Shown: positions 1 to 10,486 of the stretch, in pieces
How the letters are laid out: each line of letters begins with the position of its first letter
Numbering within the stretch: position 1 is the first letter of the stretch
NCBI GenBank assembly: GCA_963817955.1
Contig: CAWFQK010000007.1
Location: 1 to 64,000 of the forward strand
Source of the DNA: an uncultured Gemmatimonadaceae bacterium
Lineage (GTDB): Bacteria; Gemmatimonadota; Gemmatimonadetes; Gemmatimonadales; Gemmatimonadaceae
DNA: 64,000 nucleotides
Direction: 5' to 3'
Translations under genes and position numbers: made by a program
The notes under the pieces: model-generated
The model's database searches: none
The model's input: the letters and a program-made list of their open reading frames with translations, nothing else
What the model was told of the DNA's origin: nothing

Positions 1-20
1 CGGTGGGAGACAGACAAAAT

Positions 21-38
21 GCCCGTCAAATGACGGGC
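21..38. promoter_or_regulatory. Perfect palindrome GCCCGTCA-AA-TGACGGGC; possible enhancer-binding-protein site
   Basis: 8-bp inverted repeat with a 2-nt spacer, about 175 bp upstream of a sigma54-like motif. Confidence 0.35.
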
Positions 39-210
39 CGCCGGTGAAACGCGGACACGTCAACGCCATGTGGTTCGAGAAACAAGCGTCCAACCGCGAG
101 GACGTTCGCGGACACGAACTATGGACAACTCACGTCTTGTGATGGCGATCACGAGCGCTCTAACTCGTTGCAGCAGCGTGCTTTTGGTGCGTATTGCCGC
201 GGTCTGGTTG

Positions 211-226
211 CGGCATGCAACGTGCC
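211..226 (+). promoter_or_regulatory. Putative sigma54 (-24/-12) promoter
   Basis: CGGCATGCAACGTGCC: GG-N10-GC spacing with GGCA at -24, about 40 nt before the ATG at 267. Confidence 0.45.
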
Positions 227-266
227 CTATGACACGTGTGCAGGACTACAGCGAGGAGGAGTCGAT

Positions 267-686
267 ATGCGAAAATTTGAAATGCTTGCGGTCTTAGCAG
301 CTCTCGCGATTGCCACACCGGCCATGGCGCAAGGCAGAGGCAGGGACCGCGACCGCGACGACATCAGTGCGCAGCGGGCTCAGCGCATCGATCGCGATCA
401 GCGAGTCAGGAACTCGAACGGCCAGGTGATCTACGGTAATAACGGCCAACAGTGTGTCCAGCGGCCGGACAAGTACGGAAATCTGCGGACGTATTGCAAC
501 AACGGCGCGGTGTCCAATTCGCGTGGCGCCTACAACAATCAGTATGGCGTGTACAACCAGAACGGTGTGGCCAACCGCTCGGCTGTCTACGACCGCGATC
601 GCAGGGCGCGTCTGCAAGCAAACGCGGAGAAGCGGTACAAGAGGGGAAGAGACCGCGACCACGACAGCGGCGACAACGACCGCTGA
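267..686 (+). CDS. Secreted low-complexity R/D/N/G-rich hypothetical protein
   Basis: GAGGAGGAG SD before ATG 267; signal peptide MRKFEMLAVLAALAIATPAMA-Q; RDRDRD and NNG-rich repeats. Confidence 0.75.
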   Translation: MRKFEMLAVLAALAIATPAMAQGRGRDRDRDDISAQRAQRIDRDQRVRNSNGQVIYGNNGQQCVQRPDKYGNLRTYCNNGAVSNSRGAYNNQYGVYNQNGVANRSAVYDRDRRARLQANAEKRYKRGRDRDHDSGDNDR

Positions 687-708
687 TCGCCGCCCGACGT
701 AATGTTGC

Positions 709-744
709 CGAGAGCCCTTTGGGTTTGCGTCCGAAGGGCTCTCG
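709..744. terminator. Stem-loop after the first gene
   Basis: CGAGAGCCCTT...AAGGGCTCTCG inverted repeat; weak U-tract. Confidence 0.45.
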
Positions 745-759
745 TCTAAAGTTCACGAC

Positions 760-1329
760 ATGCGTCAACTCGCGCGCCGCCTGATCGGTGCAATCTCTGC
801 GATCGCCATGCTCTCCGGATGCGCGCGCAACGACTCGAATTTCGTACGCGGCCGCGGACTGTCTGTCGCGCAGCTGTCCGCTCGCGATCGAGCACACGTG
901 TACGAAGCAGCGACACGAGTTGCGTTCGATGTCAGCGATCCATCGCTCTCCCTGTTGCTCGATCCGCGACAGCTTCCGCGGACAGTAGGCCTCGCGGCCA
1001 CCGGACGCGTGAGTGACGATGTACGGGGCGAGCTGCGTGCACGCGGCGTCATCAAAGGCAGCTGCGAGCCGCCACTGCAAGGCGTAAAGGGAACCGCGCA
1101 CTGCAAAGCGCCGCTGCCGGGATACGTTCTACGATTCTCGCCCGTGTTCTCGCTGCACGGTGACACCGTGCAGGTCTACCTCTTTTCGCAGAAGTACGAC
1201 ACTCAAGGTTCGGGCATTTCCCAGACTCTGCGCTTCGAGCGTGCATACAAGGTGGTCGCGGCTGGCGGCGAGTGGCGCGCGATCGCCGAAGGCACAGTGC
1301 CGAAGACCGTCCGCGGTGAACCGCGCTGA
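760..1329 (+). CDS. Hypothetical lipoprotein
   Basis: Basic N-terminus, hydrophobic stretch, lipobox LSG-C. Confidence 0.7.
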   Translation: MRQLARRLIGAISAIAMLSGCARNDSNFVRGRGLSVAQLSARDRAHVYEAATRVAFDVSDPSLSLLLDPRQLPRTVGLAATGRVSDDVRGELRARGVIKGSCEPPLQGVKGTAHCKAPLPGYVLRFSPVFSLHGDTVQVYLFSQKYDTQGSGISQTLRFERAYKVVAAGGEWRAIAEGTVPKTVRGEPR

Positions 1330-1338
1330 CCGTTGCCA

Positions 1339-4300
1339 ATGACAACGCTGAACGACGCACCCATGATGACGCCGCCTGACGCGGAAGCGCTCGCGGCCGG
1401 ATACTATGCACTGGTCGGACGCGCCGAGCCTCTGCCCAGCGAACGCGATCAGAATTTTCTCATCACGGGCAACGACGGTCGCCGCATGGTGCTGAAGGTT
1501 GCGAACGCCGGCGAGCGTCGCACCATGCTCGAGGCGCAACAGGCGGCACTCGCCCACCTGAACTCGAGGCTCTCGATCACGCCGCGAGTCCTGCCGATGG
1601 GCGACGGCTCGACGCTCGCCGGCATCGATTCACCGGACGGACGCCGGCACCTGCTGTGGGGCATCACCGTGCTGCCCGGTGTCCCGCTCGCGTCCGCACC
1701 GCGCCGCTCGCCAGAGCTGCTGACGGATTTTGGCCGCCATATCGGTCTGCTGACGACCGCGCTGGACCAGTTCGATCATCCGGCCATTCATCGCGATTTC
1801 TACTGGGATCTCGCGCGGGGCCGGGCACTCGTGAAGCGGTCTCGTAGTTTGGTCAACGACGACGCCGTGTGCCTGGCGATCGATTCGTTGATGCGGGAGT
1901 TCGATCGCCGCGTTGTTCCGCTTCTCGACCGCTTGCCGCTCGCCGCCGTGCATGGTGATCTCAACGATCATAATGTGCTCATAGGAGGCCCGGGCAGTCT
2001 CGAACACCGCGGACAGACGGTCACCGGAATCGTCGATTTTGGCGACATGGTACATGGCTACCGCGTCGCCGACCTCGCCATCGCCATCGCCTATGCCGTC
2101 CTCGGCGCCGACGACCCGCTCGGCGTCGCGGCGCAGATGGTACGCGGGTACGCCGACGAGCGCGTGCTCGACGACGCCGAGCTTGGAGCACTGTTCGGGC
2201 TCGCGACGCTTCGCCTCTGCGCGAGTGCATGTATCTCGGCGGATCAGCAGCGCCAACGGCCGGACAATACGTACCTCAGCGTGAGTCAATTGGCGATCGC
2301 GCGCGCGCTGCCCAGGCTCGCGGAAATTCCGTTCATACTGGCCGAGGCGGTATTCCGGAATGCGACGAACGTCGAGCCGGTTCCTGCTGCGCGGCGGGTG
2401 AGAACGTATCTCGAGCAACAGACGCACTGCGCGCCGGTGCTCGGCGTGGACCTCCGTGCCGCACCCAGCGTCGTGCTGGATCTGAGCATCGCGAGTCCGA
2501 TGATCAGTGGCGACGCGCGTGAGAATGCCGAGCCGTTGCTCACCGAGCGAGTGTTTGCCGCGATGAAGAGCGCAGGCGTCGAGGCGGCGATCGGGCGATA
2601 CGATGAGCCGCGGCTGTTGTACGTCGCGCCGGCATTCACCGGCGGACCTGCGGGAACCGCCGAGCACCGCACGATTCACATCGGCCTCGATCTGTTCGCG
2701 AAAGCGGGAACGCCGGTGCATGCACCGCTGAACGGCGTCGTGCACGCCTGCGCGAACAACGACGCACCGCAGGATTATGGTGGCGTCATCATCCTGCGGC
2801 ACGAGACCGACGACGATACCGAGTTCTTCACGCTGTACGGACACCTGAGCCGCGCTTCGCTCGACGGCATAGCGGTCGGACAGTCTGTTGCTGCGGGCGA
2901 GCGCATCGCGGCGCTCGGGGAACCGTGCGAGAATGGCGGTTGGACGCCTCACCTGCACCTGCAGGTCATCACGGACCTGATGGGGCTCGGGACCGACTTT
3001 CCCGGTGTTGCGCGCCCCAGTCAACGGAGCGTGTGGACGGCACTCTGTCCCGATCCCAACCTCATCGCCGGCGTTCCCATCGCGCGTTTTCCGATCGTGC
3101 CGCCGGTCAAGTCGCGCACGTTGGCGACGCGACACGAACACATCGGCGGCAACCTGAGTGTCGCGTACCGTGATCCGGTGAAGGTCGTGCGCGGTTGGAT
3201 GCAGTACCTGTACGACGACGACGGCCGGCGTTTCACGGACGCATACAACAACGTGCCCCACGTCGGCCACTGTCATCCGAGGATCGTGGAGGCGGCCGCG
3301 TCTCAGATGCGTGTGTTGAACACCAATACACGCTACCTGAACGATCGGCTGGCCGAATACGCCGAGCGTCTCACCGCCACGTTGCCGCGCCCGCTCGACG
3401 TCTGCTATTTCGTGAATTCAGCGAGCGAGGCGAACGAGTTGGCGCTGCGCCTCGCGCGCGCGTACACCAGGCAGCGCGACATGGTCGTGCTCGAGGCGGC
3501 GTACCACGGCAACACCACGTCATTGATCGATATCAGTCCGTATAAGCACGCCGGGCGGGGCGGAACGGGCGCGCCGGACTGGGTGCACGTTGCGCCCCTG
3601 CCCGACGATTACCGCGGGCAATTCAGGCGAAACGATCTCGAGGCGGGCGCCCGGTATGCCGCCGGAGTGGGCGAGATCGTGCGCGACGTCATCGACCATG
3701 GTCGGGGCATGGCCGGGTTCATTGCGGAAACCTGCCCGAGCGTCGGCGGCCAGCTGATTCTTCCGGCAGGATACCTGGCCAAAGTATATGAGCATGTTCG
3801 TAATGCCGGCGGTGTGTGTATCGCCGACGAGGTGCAGACCGGTCTCGGACGAATGGGAACGAGCTTCTGGGCGTTCGAGAATCAGGGTGTGATCCCCGAC
3901 ATCGTCGTGATGGGCAAGCCGCTGGGAAACGGGCACCCAATCGGTGCGGTCGCGACGACGCGCGCGATTGCCGACGCCTTCAACAACGGAATGGAGTACT
4001 TCAGCACGTTTGGTGGAAACACCGTCTCGTGCGCAGTCGGCATTGCCGTGCTCGATGTGCTCCGAGACGAACGGCTGCAAGCGCATGCGTTACGCGTCGG
4101 GGATCGGCTGTTGGCCGGGCTTCGTCAGCTGATGACGCGCCACACGATCATCGGTGATGTTCGCGGCTCCGGGCTGTTCCTCGGCGTGGAGCTCGTACGC
4201 GATCGCGAGACATTGGAGCCGGCAGGCGAGGAGGCGGCGTTCGTGGCGAACCGGATGCGTGAGCGGGGCGTGCTGCTTGGTACGGACGGGCCATACCATA

Positions 4301-4398
4301 ACGTGGTGAAGATTCGGCCGCCGATGCCGTTCAACGAGGTGGATGCGGACCGATTGGTTGAAGTGCTCGACGAGGCGATCGTGGAGCTCCCGGTTTGA
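1339..4398 (+). CDS. Fusion: APH/hydroxylysine-kinase-like phosphotransferase + M23-like domain + class III PLP aminotransferase/phospho-lyase
   Basis: HGDLNDHN and DFGD kinase motifs; HIGLD, YGHL and PHLH M23 motifs; [18 protein letters not shown] and MGKPLGNG aminotransferase III motifs. Confidence 0.9.
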   Translation: MTTLNDAPMMTPPDAEALAAGYYALVGRAEPLPSERDQNFLITGNDGRRMVLKVANAGERRTMLEAQQAALAHLNSRLSITPRVLPMGDGSTLAGIDSPDGRRHLLWGITVLPGVPLASAPRRSPELLTDFGRHIGLLTTALDQFDHPAIHRDFYWDLARGRALVKRSRSLVNDDAVCLAIDSLMREFDRRVVPLLDRLPLAAVHGDLNDHNVLIGGPGSLEHRGQTVTGIVDFGDMVHGYRVADLAIAIAYAVLGADDPLGVAAQMVRGYADERVLDDAELGALFGLATLRLCASACISADQQRQRPDNTYLSVSQLAIARALPRLAEIPFILAEAVFRNATNVEPVPAARRVRTYLEQQTHCAPVLGVDLRAAPSVVLDLSIASPMISGDARENAEPLLTERVFAAMKSAGVEAAIGRYDEPRLLYVAPAFTGGPAGTAEHRTIHIGLDLFAKAGTPVHAPLNGVVHACANNDAPQDYGGVIILRHETDDDTEFFTLYGHLSRASLDGIAVGQSVAAGERIAALGEPCENGGWTPHLHLQVITDLMGLGTDFPGVARPSQRSVWTALCPDPNLIAGVPIARFPIVPPVKSRTLATRHEHIGGNLSVAYRDPVKVVRGWMQYLYDDDGRRFTDAYNNVPHVGHCHPRIVEAAASQMRVLNTNTRYLNDRLAEYAERLTATLPRPLDVCYFVNSASEANELALRLARAYTRQRDMVVLEAAYHGNTTSLIDISPYKHAGRGGTGAPDWVHVAPLPDDYRGQFRRNDLEAGARYAAGVGEIVRDVIDHGRGMAGFIAETCPSVGGQLILPAGYLAKVYEHVRNAGGVCIADEVQTGLGRMGTSFWAFENQGVIPDIVVMGKPLGNGHPIGAVATTRAIADAFNNGMEYFSTFGGNTVSCAVGIAVLDVLRDERLQAHALRVGDRLLAGLRQLMTRHTIIGDVRGSGLFLGVELVRDRETLEPAGEEAAFVANRMRERGVLLGTDGPYHNVVKIRPPMPFNEVDADRLVEVLDEAIVELPV

Positions 4399-4402
4399 AC
4401 GG

Positions 4403-4446
4403 ACCGGCGCCCTCATGACTTTTGCGAAAGTCATGAGGGCGCCGGT
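4403..4446. terminator. Hairpin between convergent genes, probably a bidirectional terminator
   Basis: 20-bp perfect stem ACCGGCGCCCTCATGACTTT-TGCG-AAAGTCATGAGGGCGCCGGT. Confidence 0.7.
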
Positions 4447-4476
4447 TCACCAATCCAGCGTCTTCCCGCACCTCAG

Positions 4477-5955
4477 TTAATACCGGTACAACTCCGGCTT
4501 GTACGGCCCTTCCACCGGAACGCCAATGTACGCGGCCTGCTCCGTTGACAGTTCCGTCAACCGCGCGCCCAGCTTGCCAAGGTGCAGCCGCGCCACCTTT
4601 TCATCGAGATATTTCGGCAGCACGTACACTTTCGTCTCGTACTGGCCGGTGTTGCCGAACAGCTCGATCTGCGCCATCACCTGATTGGTGAAGCTCGACG
4701 ACATCACGAAGCTCGGATGGCCGGTGGCACAACCGAGATTCATGAGTCTTCCCTCAGCGAGGATCATCACACTGTGGCCGTCGGGGAAGACGTACTCGTC
4801 GTACTGCGGCTTGATGTTGATGCGCGTGATCCCCTTCACCTTCTTCAGGCCGGCCATGTCGATCTCATTGTCGAAGTGGCCGATGTTTCCGACGATCGCC
4901 TTGTCCTTCATCTTCGTCATGGAGGCGGCGGTAATGATGTTGAAGTTGCCGGTTGCCGTGATGAAGATGTCGGCGGTCGAGACGACGTCGTCGAGCGTCA
5001 CGACCTGATAGCCAGCCATGCACGCCTGCAGCGCGCAGATCGGATCGATCTCCGTGATCACGACGCGAGCGCCCTGGCCGCGGAGCGCTTCTGCACACCC
5101 CTTGCCCACTTCGCCGTAGCCGAGGACCACTGCCAGCTTGCCGGCGATCATGACGTCGGTGGCGCGATTGAGGCCGTCGATCACCGAGTGACGACAGCCG
5201 TAGATGTTGTCGAACTTCGACTTCGTCACCGAGTCGTTGACGTTGATGGCCGGAAAGAGAAGCGTGCCGGCTTTCATCATCTCATACAGGCGATGCACGC
5301 CCGTCGTCGTCTCTTCCGTTACGCCCTTGATGTCGGCGGCGACTTTCGTCCAGCGGCCTGGATTCCGCTCTGACTCCTGGCGCAGCAGATCGAGAATGAC
5401 CCCCCATTCTTCCGGGTCATTCTTGTCATCGAACGCGGGAATCTTGCCCGCCTTCTCGAATTCGGCGCCCTTGTGAACCAGGAGCGTGGCGTCGCCGCCA
5501 TCGTCGAGGAGCATGTTCGGGCCTTGTCCACTGGGCCACATCAGCGCCTGTTCGGTGCACCACCAGTACTCTTCGAGCGTCTCGCCCTTCCAGGCGAACA
5601 CCGGCACGCCCTTCGGTTCGTTCGGCGTTCCCGTGCGCCCCACTGCGGCGGCGGCGGCGGCATGATCCTGTGTCGAGAAGATGTTGCACGAGACCCAGCG
5701 CACGTCGGCGCCGAGGTCGACAAGCGTCTCGATGAGCACCGCGGTCTGCACCGTCATGTGCAGCGATCCCATGATGCGCGCGCCCGCGAGCGGTGATTTG
5801 CCCTTGTACTCCTCGCGGATCGCCATCAGGCCCGGCATCTCTTGCTCGGCGAGGCGAATTTCCTTGCGACCGAACTCCGCCAGAGACAGGTCGGCGACCT
5901 TGAATGGCGGACGGTCATTGGTTTGCGACTGGTCGATCAACTCGGCGACACCCAT
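4477..5955 (-). CDS. ahcY: Adenosylhomocysteinase
   Basis: [54 protein letters not shown]-terminal YRY. Confidence 0.98.
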   Translation of the reverse strand: MGVAELIDQSQTNDRPPFKVADLSLAEFGRKEIRLAEQEMPGLMAIREEYKGKSPLAGARIMGSLHMTVQTAVLIETLVDLGADVRWVSCNIFSTQDHAAAAAAVGRTGTPNEPKGVPVFAWKGETLEEYWWCTEQALMWPSGQGPNMLLDDGGDATLLVHKGAEFEKAGKIPAFDDKNDPEEWGVILDLLRQESERNPGRWTKVAADIKGVTEETTTGVHRLYEMMKAGTLLFPAINVNDSVTKSKFDNIYGCRHSVIDGLNRATDVMIAGKLAVVLGYGEVGKGCAEALRGQGARVVITEIDPICALQACMAGYQVVTLDDVVSTADIFITATGNFNIITAASMTKMKDKAIVGNIGHFDNEIDMAGLKKVKGITRINIKPQYDEYVFPDGHSVMILAEGRLMNLGCATGHPSFVMSSSFTNQVMAQIELFGNTGQYETKVYVLPKYLDEKVARLHLGKLGARLTELSTEQAAYIGVPVEGPYKPELYRY

Positions 5956-5985
5956 TGCGATTCCCTGGAAGAAGTGAAGTGCCTA

Positions 5986-6936
5986 CTACTCACTGCGTCG
6001 TGCGCTCGCGACAAACAAACTGGGTCCCTTCGCGTCAGGATCGTCGGGAAGTGGACGGTATCGACAGCCGGTGAATCCGGCGGTATGCAGCCATTGCTTG
6101 ACTTGCTCGCCGTCGAAGCCTTGCCACACGTGGCCGAGCTGGACGACGTATTCCACACGGTCGTGCGACATCAGATCGACGACGAGCAACCGTCCATTCG
6201 GCTTGAGCACCCGCCAGATCTCGCCCATGGCCTTGGCGGGATCGGTGATGAAGTGTGCGACGAGAAAAAGTACTGCGGCGTCGAGGGTGCAATCGTCGAT
6301 CGGCAGCGCCTCGATGGTGCCCTCGCGGAAATCGATGTTGCCAAATGCCGAGAGTCGCGCTTTCGCGGCGTTGAGCATCGGGCCCGATTCGTCGACGGCA
6401 ATGACTCGATCGACGCATGGCGCCAGCGCTTCGGCAATGTGCCCCGTGCCGCACCCGAAATCGCCGATCACCCAGCGCTCGTCGAGCAGATCGAGCAGCG
6501 CCAGCAGATCGGTGCGCGCGCCGATCATGTTGGTGCGCATCTTGTCCCAGAGGTCGGCGGCGTTCAGGAAGAAGAGCTGTGCCTTGTCGCGCCGTTTGCC
6601 GAGCACGCTCACCGCCCGCCGCGTATCCTGCGACGCGCCGACTGCGCTCGAGACCTGCGTGCGCACCACGGCCCACAACTGGCGCGTTGCCTCGTCGAGC
6701 TGCGTGGGCACCATCTTGTAGAAGCGGCTCGTGCCATCGCCGCGTGCGATCAGCCATCCGTCGTCGGCGAGAAGCTTGAGGTGCCGGCTCACCGTGGACT
6801 GCGGGAGCTGAAGGATGGAACACAGTTCCCCGACCGTCAGTTCGTGGCGGTCGAGCAGCAGCAGGATCCGGCTCCTCGTCGGTTCGGCGAGGGTGCTGAG
6901 GCGATCCAGGACGTTGAATCGAGGGGCGGTGGCCAT
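5986..6936 (-). CDS. ArsR HTH + SAM-methyltransferase-fold regulator (SahR/SamR/AhcR type)
   Basis: N-terminal ArsR HTH (QSTVSRHLKLL), DFGCGTG motif I; directly upstream of ahcY; start taken as MATAPRFN. Confidence 0.88.
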   Translation of the reverse strand: MATAPRFNVLDRLSTLAEPTRSRILLLLDRHELTVGELCSILQLPQSTVSRHLKLLADDGWLIARGDGTSRFYKMVPTQLDEATRQLWAVVRTQVSSAVGASQDTRRAVSVLGKRRDKAQLFFLNAADLWDKMRTNMIGARTDLLALLDLLDERWVIGDFGCGTGHIAEALAPCVDRVIAVDESGPMLNAAKARLSAFGNIDFREGTIEALPIDDCTLDAAVLFLVAHFITDPAKAMGEIWRVLKPNGRLLVVDLMSHDRVEYVVQLGHVWQGFDGEQVKQWLHTAGFTGCRYRPLPDDPDAKGPSLFVASARRSE

Positions 6937-6938
6937 AT

Positions 6939-6987
6939 ATCCGTATATCCGGATCGAATGATAGCCGCCGGCACTCCGCCCTGTCAA
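6939..6987 (-). promoter_or_regulatory. sigma70 promoter with overlapping palindromic operator for the regulator-ahcY operon
   Basis: Minus strand TTGACA (6987-6982), 18 bp, TATCAT (6963-6958); palindrome ATCCG-N6-CGGAT at 6939-6954 over the predicted start site. Confidence 0.7.
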
Positions 6988-7088
6988 CCGCCTCGCATGC
7001 GCCGAGCGTTCCCACCCAAACCGGTTCCTCGTCCAGCGAGGTGCCTGTTTCTTTAGTTGATTATTCGGGTCCAACCTGGAGCAAACAC

Positions 7089-9146
7089 ATGAAACGCCCG
7101 CTCGCCCATGTGGCCACCGCAGTGGTCGCCATTGCCCTATCCAGCAGCATCGCTGCCGCACAACAACGATCCGTTCCCGTGTTCAACAAAGCGGACATGG
7201 ACACGACCTGTGCCGCCTGTACCGATTTCTATGAGTACGCCAATGGCGGCTGGCTGAAGAACGCCAAGATTCCGGCCGACAAGACGAGCATCAGCAGCTT
7301 CAGCACGCTGTCCGAGCACAACATGACCGTGGCGCATACGGTCATGCAGGACGATTCGGCCGCGGTCAAGGCAGGCAAGGCGAAGACCGGCACGGAGCAG
7401 TGGAAGATCGGCGCATACTACAGCGCCTGTATGGACACGGTCGCGATCGACGCGCTTGGCACGAAGCCCTTGCAGCCGACGTTCGACGCGATCGCCGGCA
7501 TCCGATCGCCCGCTGATCTCGTGCGCCTGTTTGGCTCGAACGAGCGGCGCGGCGGCATGACGCCGTTCGGCGTCAATCCCGGTGCGGATCCCAAGAACAG
7601 CACCGAGACGATCGTGTCGGCGAGTCAGGGCGGTCTGGGATTGCCTGAACGGGAGTACTACTTCCGTGCTGACCAGCATTCGCAGGACATTCGGAAGGAA
7701 TACGTCGCGCACGTCGCGCGGACACTGGTGCTCTCGGGCGAGCCCGCCGGCCAGGCGAGCCAGGACGCTGACCGCGTCATGGCGCTCGAGACAGCGCTCG
7801 CCGGCGCAGCGATGCCGCGCAACGCGATGCGTGACCCGAACGCGCTCTATCACAAGATGCCCATTGCCGACTTCTCGGCAATGACGCCGCACATCGACTG
7901 GCGCGCCTATCTCAATCAGGTCGGCGGCAAGGCGGCGACGGTGATCAACGTGCGTCAGCCAAGTTTCTTCAAGGCGCTCGACTCGCTCATCGCGACGGTG
8001 CCGCTCGACAATTGGAAGGCGTACCTCCGCTGGCGCGCGACCAACGGCGGTGCGGCCTTGCTCGGTTCGCAGTTCGCGGATGAGGAATTCCGTTTCGCCA
8101 AAGTCATGCGTGGTGTCGAGCAGCCGGAACCGCGCTGGCGTGCCTGCTACTCCGCGACGAACGGCGCGCTCGGCTGGGCGGTGGGGCACGAGTATGTAGC
8201 GCGTACGTTCACACCAGCCGCGCGGGCGCGCGCGGCGACGATGGTCGATAACCTCGTCAGTTCGTTGCGCGTTCGCATTCAGGGACTCGACTGGATGAGC
8301 GCCGCGACGAAGACGCAGGCGACGACCAAGCTCAACGCGTTCCTGCGCAAAGTCGCGTACCCCGACAAGTGGCGTGACTATTCGTCGCTGCAGGTGAAGC
8401 AGGGCGCGTATTTCGTGAACGCGACGGCGGCGGCGCAGTGGAACCAGAAACGCTCGTGGGAGCGTCTCGGCAAGCCGGTCGATCGCACGGAGTGGTCGAT
8501 GACGCCGCCAACGGTGAACGCGTCGTACAGTTCGTCGCTCAACCAGATCCAGTTCCCGGCGGGCATTCTCGCGCCGCCGTTCTTCGATCCGAACGCCGAC
8601 GACGCCGTGAACTACGGCGGTCTCGGTGCGGTGATCGGACATGAGATGTCGCACGGCTTCGACGACCAGGGCCGCCAGTTCGACGCCAAGGGCAACCTGC
8701 GCGACTGGTGGACGCCAGAGGATGCCGCGAAGTACAAGGCGTCGGCACAGAAGATCATCGATCAGTACACCTCCTACACGGTCCTCGACAGCGCAACGCA
8801 CGTGAACGGTTCGGCGACGCTGGGCGAGAACATTGGCGATTTTGGTGGTCTGACGGTGGCCTACTACGCCATGGAGAATGCGCTGAAGCAGAAGGGCCCC
8901 GCGGCGCGGCAGAAGCTCGAAGGCTTCACGCCGGAGCAGCGGTTCTTCCTGAGTTGGGCCCGCGTGTGGCGAGAGGTTCAGCGGCCGGAAGCTGAGCGTC
9001 TACAGGTCAACACGAATCCGCATTCGCCGGGCAAGTGGCGGGTGAATGGACCGCTCAGCATCATGCCCGAATTCGCGAAGGCATTTGGTTGCAAAGACGG
9101 CGATGCACTGGTCCGCGCCGAAGACCTGCGCGCAAAGATCTGGTAG
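7089..9146 (+). CDS. M13 family (neprilysin/PepO-like) zinc endopeptidase, secreted
   Basis: Signal peptide MKRPLAH...; DFYEYANGGW, VNASY, HEMSH, GENIGD, HSP motifs. Confidence 0.95.
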   Translation: MKRPLAHVATAVVAIALSSSIAAAQQRSVPVFNKADMDTTCAACTDFYEYANGGWLKNAKIPADKTSISSFSTLSEHNMTVAHTVMQDDSAAVKAGKAKTGTEQWKIGAYYSACMDTVAIDALGTKPLQPTFDAIAGIRSPADLVRLFGSNERRGGMTPFGVNPGADPKNSTETIVSASQGGLGLPEREYYFRADQHSQDIRKEYVAHVARTLVLSGEPAGQASQDADRVMALETALAGAAMPRNAMRDPNALYHKMPIADFSAMTPHIDWRAYLNQVGGKAATVINVRQPSFFKALDSLIATVPLDNWKAYLRWRATNGGAALLGSQFADEEFRFAKVMRGVEQPEPRWRACYSATNGALGWAVGHEYVARTFTPAARARAATMVDNLVSSLRVRIQGLDWMSAATKTQATTKLNAFLRKVAYPDKWRDYSSLQVKQGAYFVNATAAAQWNQKRSWERLGKPVDRTEWSMTPPTVNASYSSSLNQIQFPAGILAPPFFDPNADDAVNYGGLGAVIGHEMSHGFDDQGRQFDAKGNLRDWWTPEDAAKYKASAQKIIDQYTSYTVLDSATHVNGSATLGENIGDFGGLTVAYYAMENALKQKGPAARQKLEGFTPEQRFFLSWARVWREVQRPEAERLQVNTNPHSPGKWRVNGPLSIMPEFAKAFGCKDGDALVRAEDLRAKIW

Positions 9147-9164
9147 GCGCTCGAGGACGTGAAG

Positions 9165-9201
9165 ACAAAGAAGCCCGCGCACCCGCGCGGGCTTCTTTGT
9201 T
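9165..9201. terminator. Intrinsic terminator
   Basis: ACAAAGAAGCCCGCGC-ACCC-GCGCGGGCTTCTTTGT. Confidence 0.8.
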
Positions 9202-9202
9202 T

Positions 9203-9276
9203 GGGACACGGTGGTGAGACACGGGACACGGGACAGCGAGACACGCGATGCCTGTCATCCTGAGCGAAGCGAAGGA
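9203..9276 (+). repeat. GGGACAC heptamer units joined to a REP-like TGCCTGTCATCCTGAGCGAAGCGAAGGA
   Basis: Same composite occurs in reverse at 45821-45875; the REP-like part starts again at 63985. Confidence 0.75.
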
Positions 9277-9414
9277 GCGGTGGCCTCAACCGGAGCGCGC
9301 AGAGGAACGCGGGAGTAACTCTCATCCCAATGCGTTGGCTGACGCCGTCGTGACACATCGATGCGCCGGTGCCTGTGGTCTTGCGCAGACATGCTGAAAA
9401 AAACATATTCCCTC

Positions 9415-9795
9415 ATGGCCGCCGACGATGGCGCGCAGGAATCGTTTAAACCCGTCGAGTGGATCGCCTCGGCCCGTGACGATCTCCGCGCGATGCCCGA
9501 GGAGGTCCAGGACCTGTTTGGGTATGCGCTTTACGAGGCGCAACGCGGGAAGCGTCACCCACGCGCCAAGCTGGTCAAGGGCAATCTGCGCGGCCTCGTT
9601 GAGCTCGTCGACGATTTCGATGGCAACACATATCGGGCGATCTATACCGTCAAACTGGCCGGCGTCGTCTACGTGCTCCACGTCTTTCAGAAGAAATCCA
9701 CGCGGGGCATCGCGACGCCGCAACGCGAGATTGCCCTGATCAAAGAGCGATTGCAACGGGCCAAGCGGCATCACGCCGCGCGGGTCGGATCATGA
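9415..9795 (+). CDS. RelE/ParE-superfamily toxin (phage Gp49/DUF891-like)
   Basis: KPVEWIASARDDL...FGYALYEAQRG...TYRAIYTVK...YVLHVFQKKS; precedes an HTH gene; TTGCGC-N-CATATT promoter-like motif just upstream. Confidence 0.9.
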   Translation: MAADDGAQESFKPVEWIASARDDLRAMPEEVQDLFGYALYEAQRGKRHPRAKLVKGNLRGLVELVDDFDGNTYRAIYTVKLAGVVYVLHVFQKKSTRGIATPQREIALIKERLQRAKRHHAARVGS

Positions 9796-9819
9796 GCTTG
9801 AGCGAACGGGAGGGCTGAC

Positions 9820-10179
9820 ATGGCAAAGCGGAAACTACCTGACGACAGCGCGCGAATCGACGCGATCCCGGTCACGAGCGGGAGCGGAAACGTCTTCGCG
9901 GATCTTGGTCTACCGAATCCCGAGGAGCGGCTCGCCAAGGCCCAACTGGCGTCGCGTATCGACGACGTGATCCGCCGTCGGAAGCTCACGCAGCAGCAGG
10001 CGGCGGCGCTCATGGGGATCGATCAACCGAAGGTGTCGCATCTCCTCCATGGGCGCCTGAGTGGCTTTTCAACGCAACGGCTGATCGATTTTCTCAACGC
10101 GCTGGGGCAGGACGTCGAGATCGTCGTCCGGGCTGCACCCCGCTCACGGAAACGTGGCCGGCTGCACGTCGCGGCGTGA
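9820..10179 (+). CDS. XRE-family HTH antitoxin (toxin-first type II TA)
   Basis: SGNVFADLG motif, LTQQQAAALMGIDQPKVS HTH; GGGAGGG SD. Confidence 0.9.
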   Translation: MAKRKLPDDSARIDAIPVTSGSGNVFADLGLPNPEERLAKAQLASRIDDVIRRRKLTQQQAAALMGIDQPKVSHLLHGRLSGFSTQRLIDFLNALGQDVEIVVRAAPRSRKRGRLHVAA

Positions 10180-10486
10180 CCGGAGCGCGGTCGCGCGGGG
10201 TATGCTGGCGAGACCAATCACCCCTCCGCAACCGCGCACGGCAGGGGGAATCATCGGCCGAGCGTGCATCGCACCTCGGCCACTCCCGCAGACCATTACA
10301 GAACGCACAACACGCATCAGTGCGCCAGCAGAGAGGTATCTCCGTCCTCGCGCATGATGTGCGAGCAAGCTGGTGGAGAGAGAGGTCTCTCGCTTGCAGC
10401 TTGGCGGCAGCGCACGCGGCAATGGTCCCGTCCGAAGGCGCCTCTGGTCGCTGGATGCCGCTCATCACTCGGCACTGAGCACGCGT

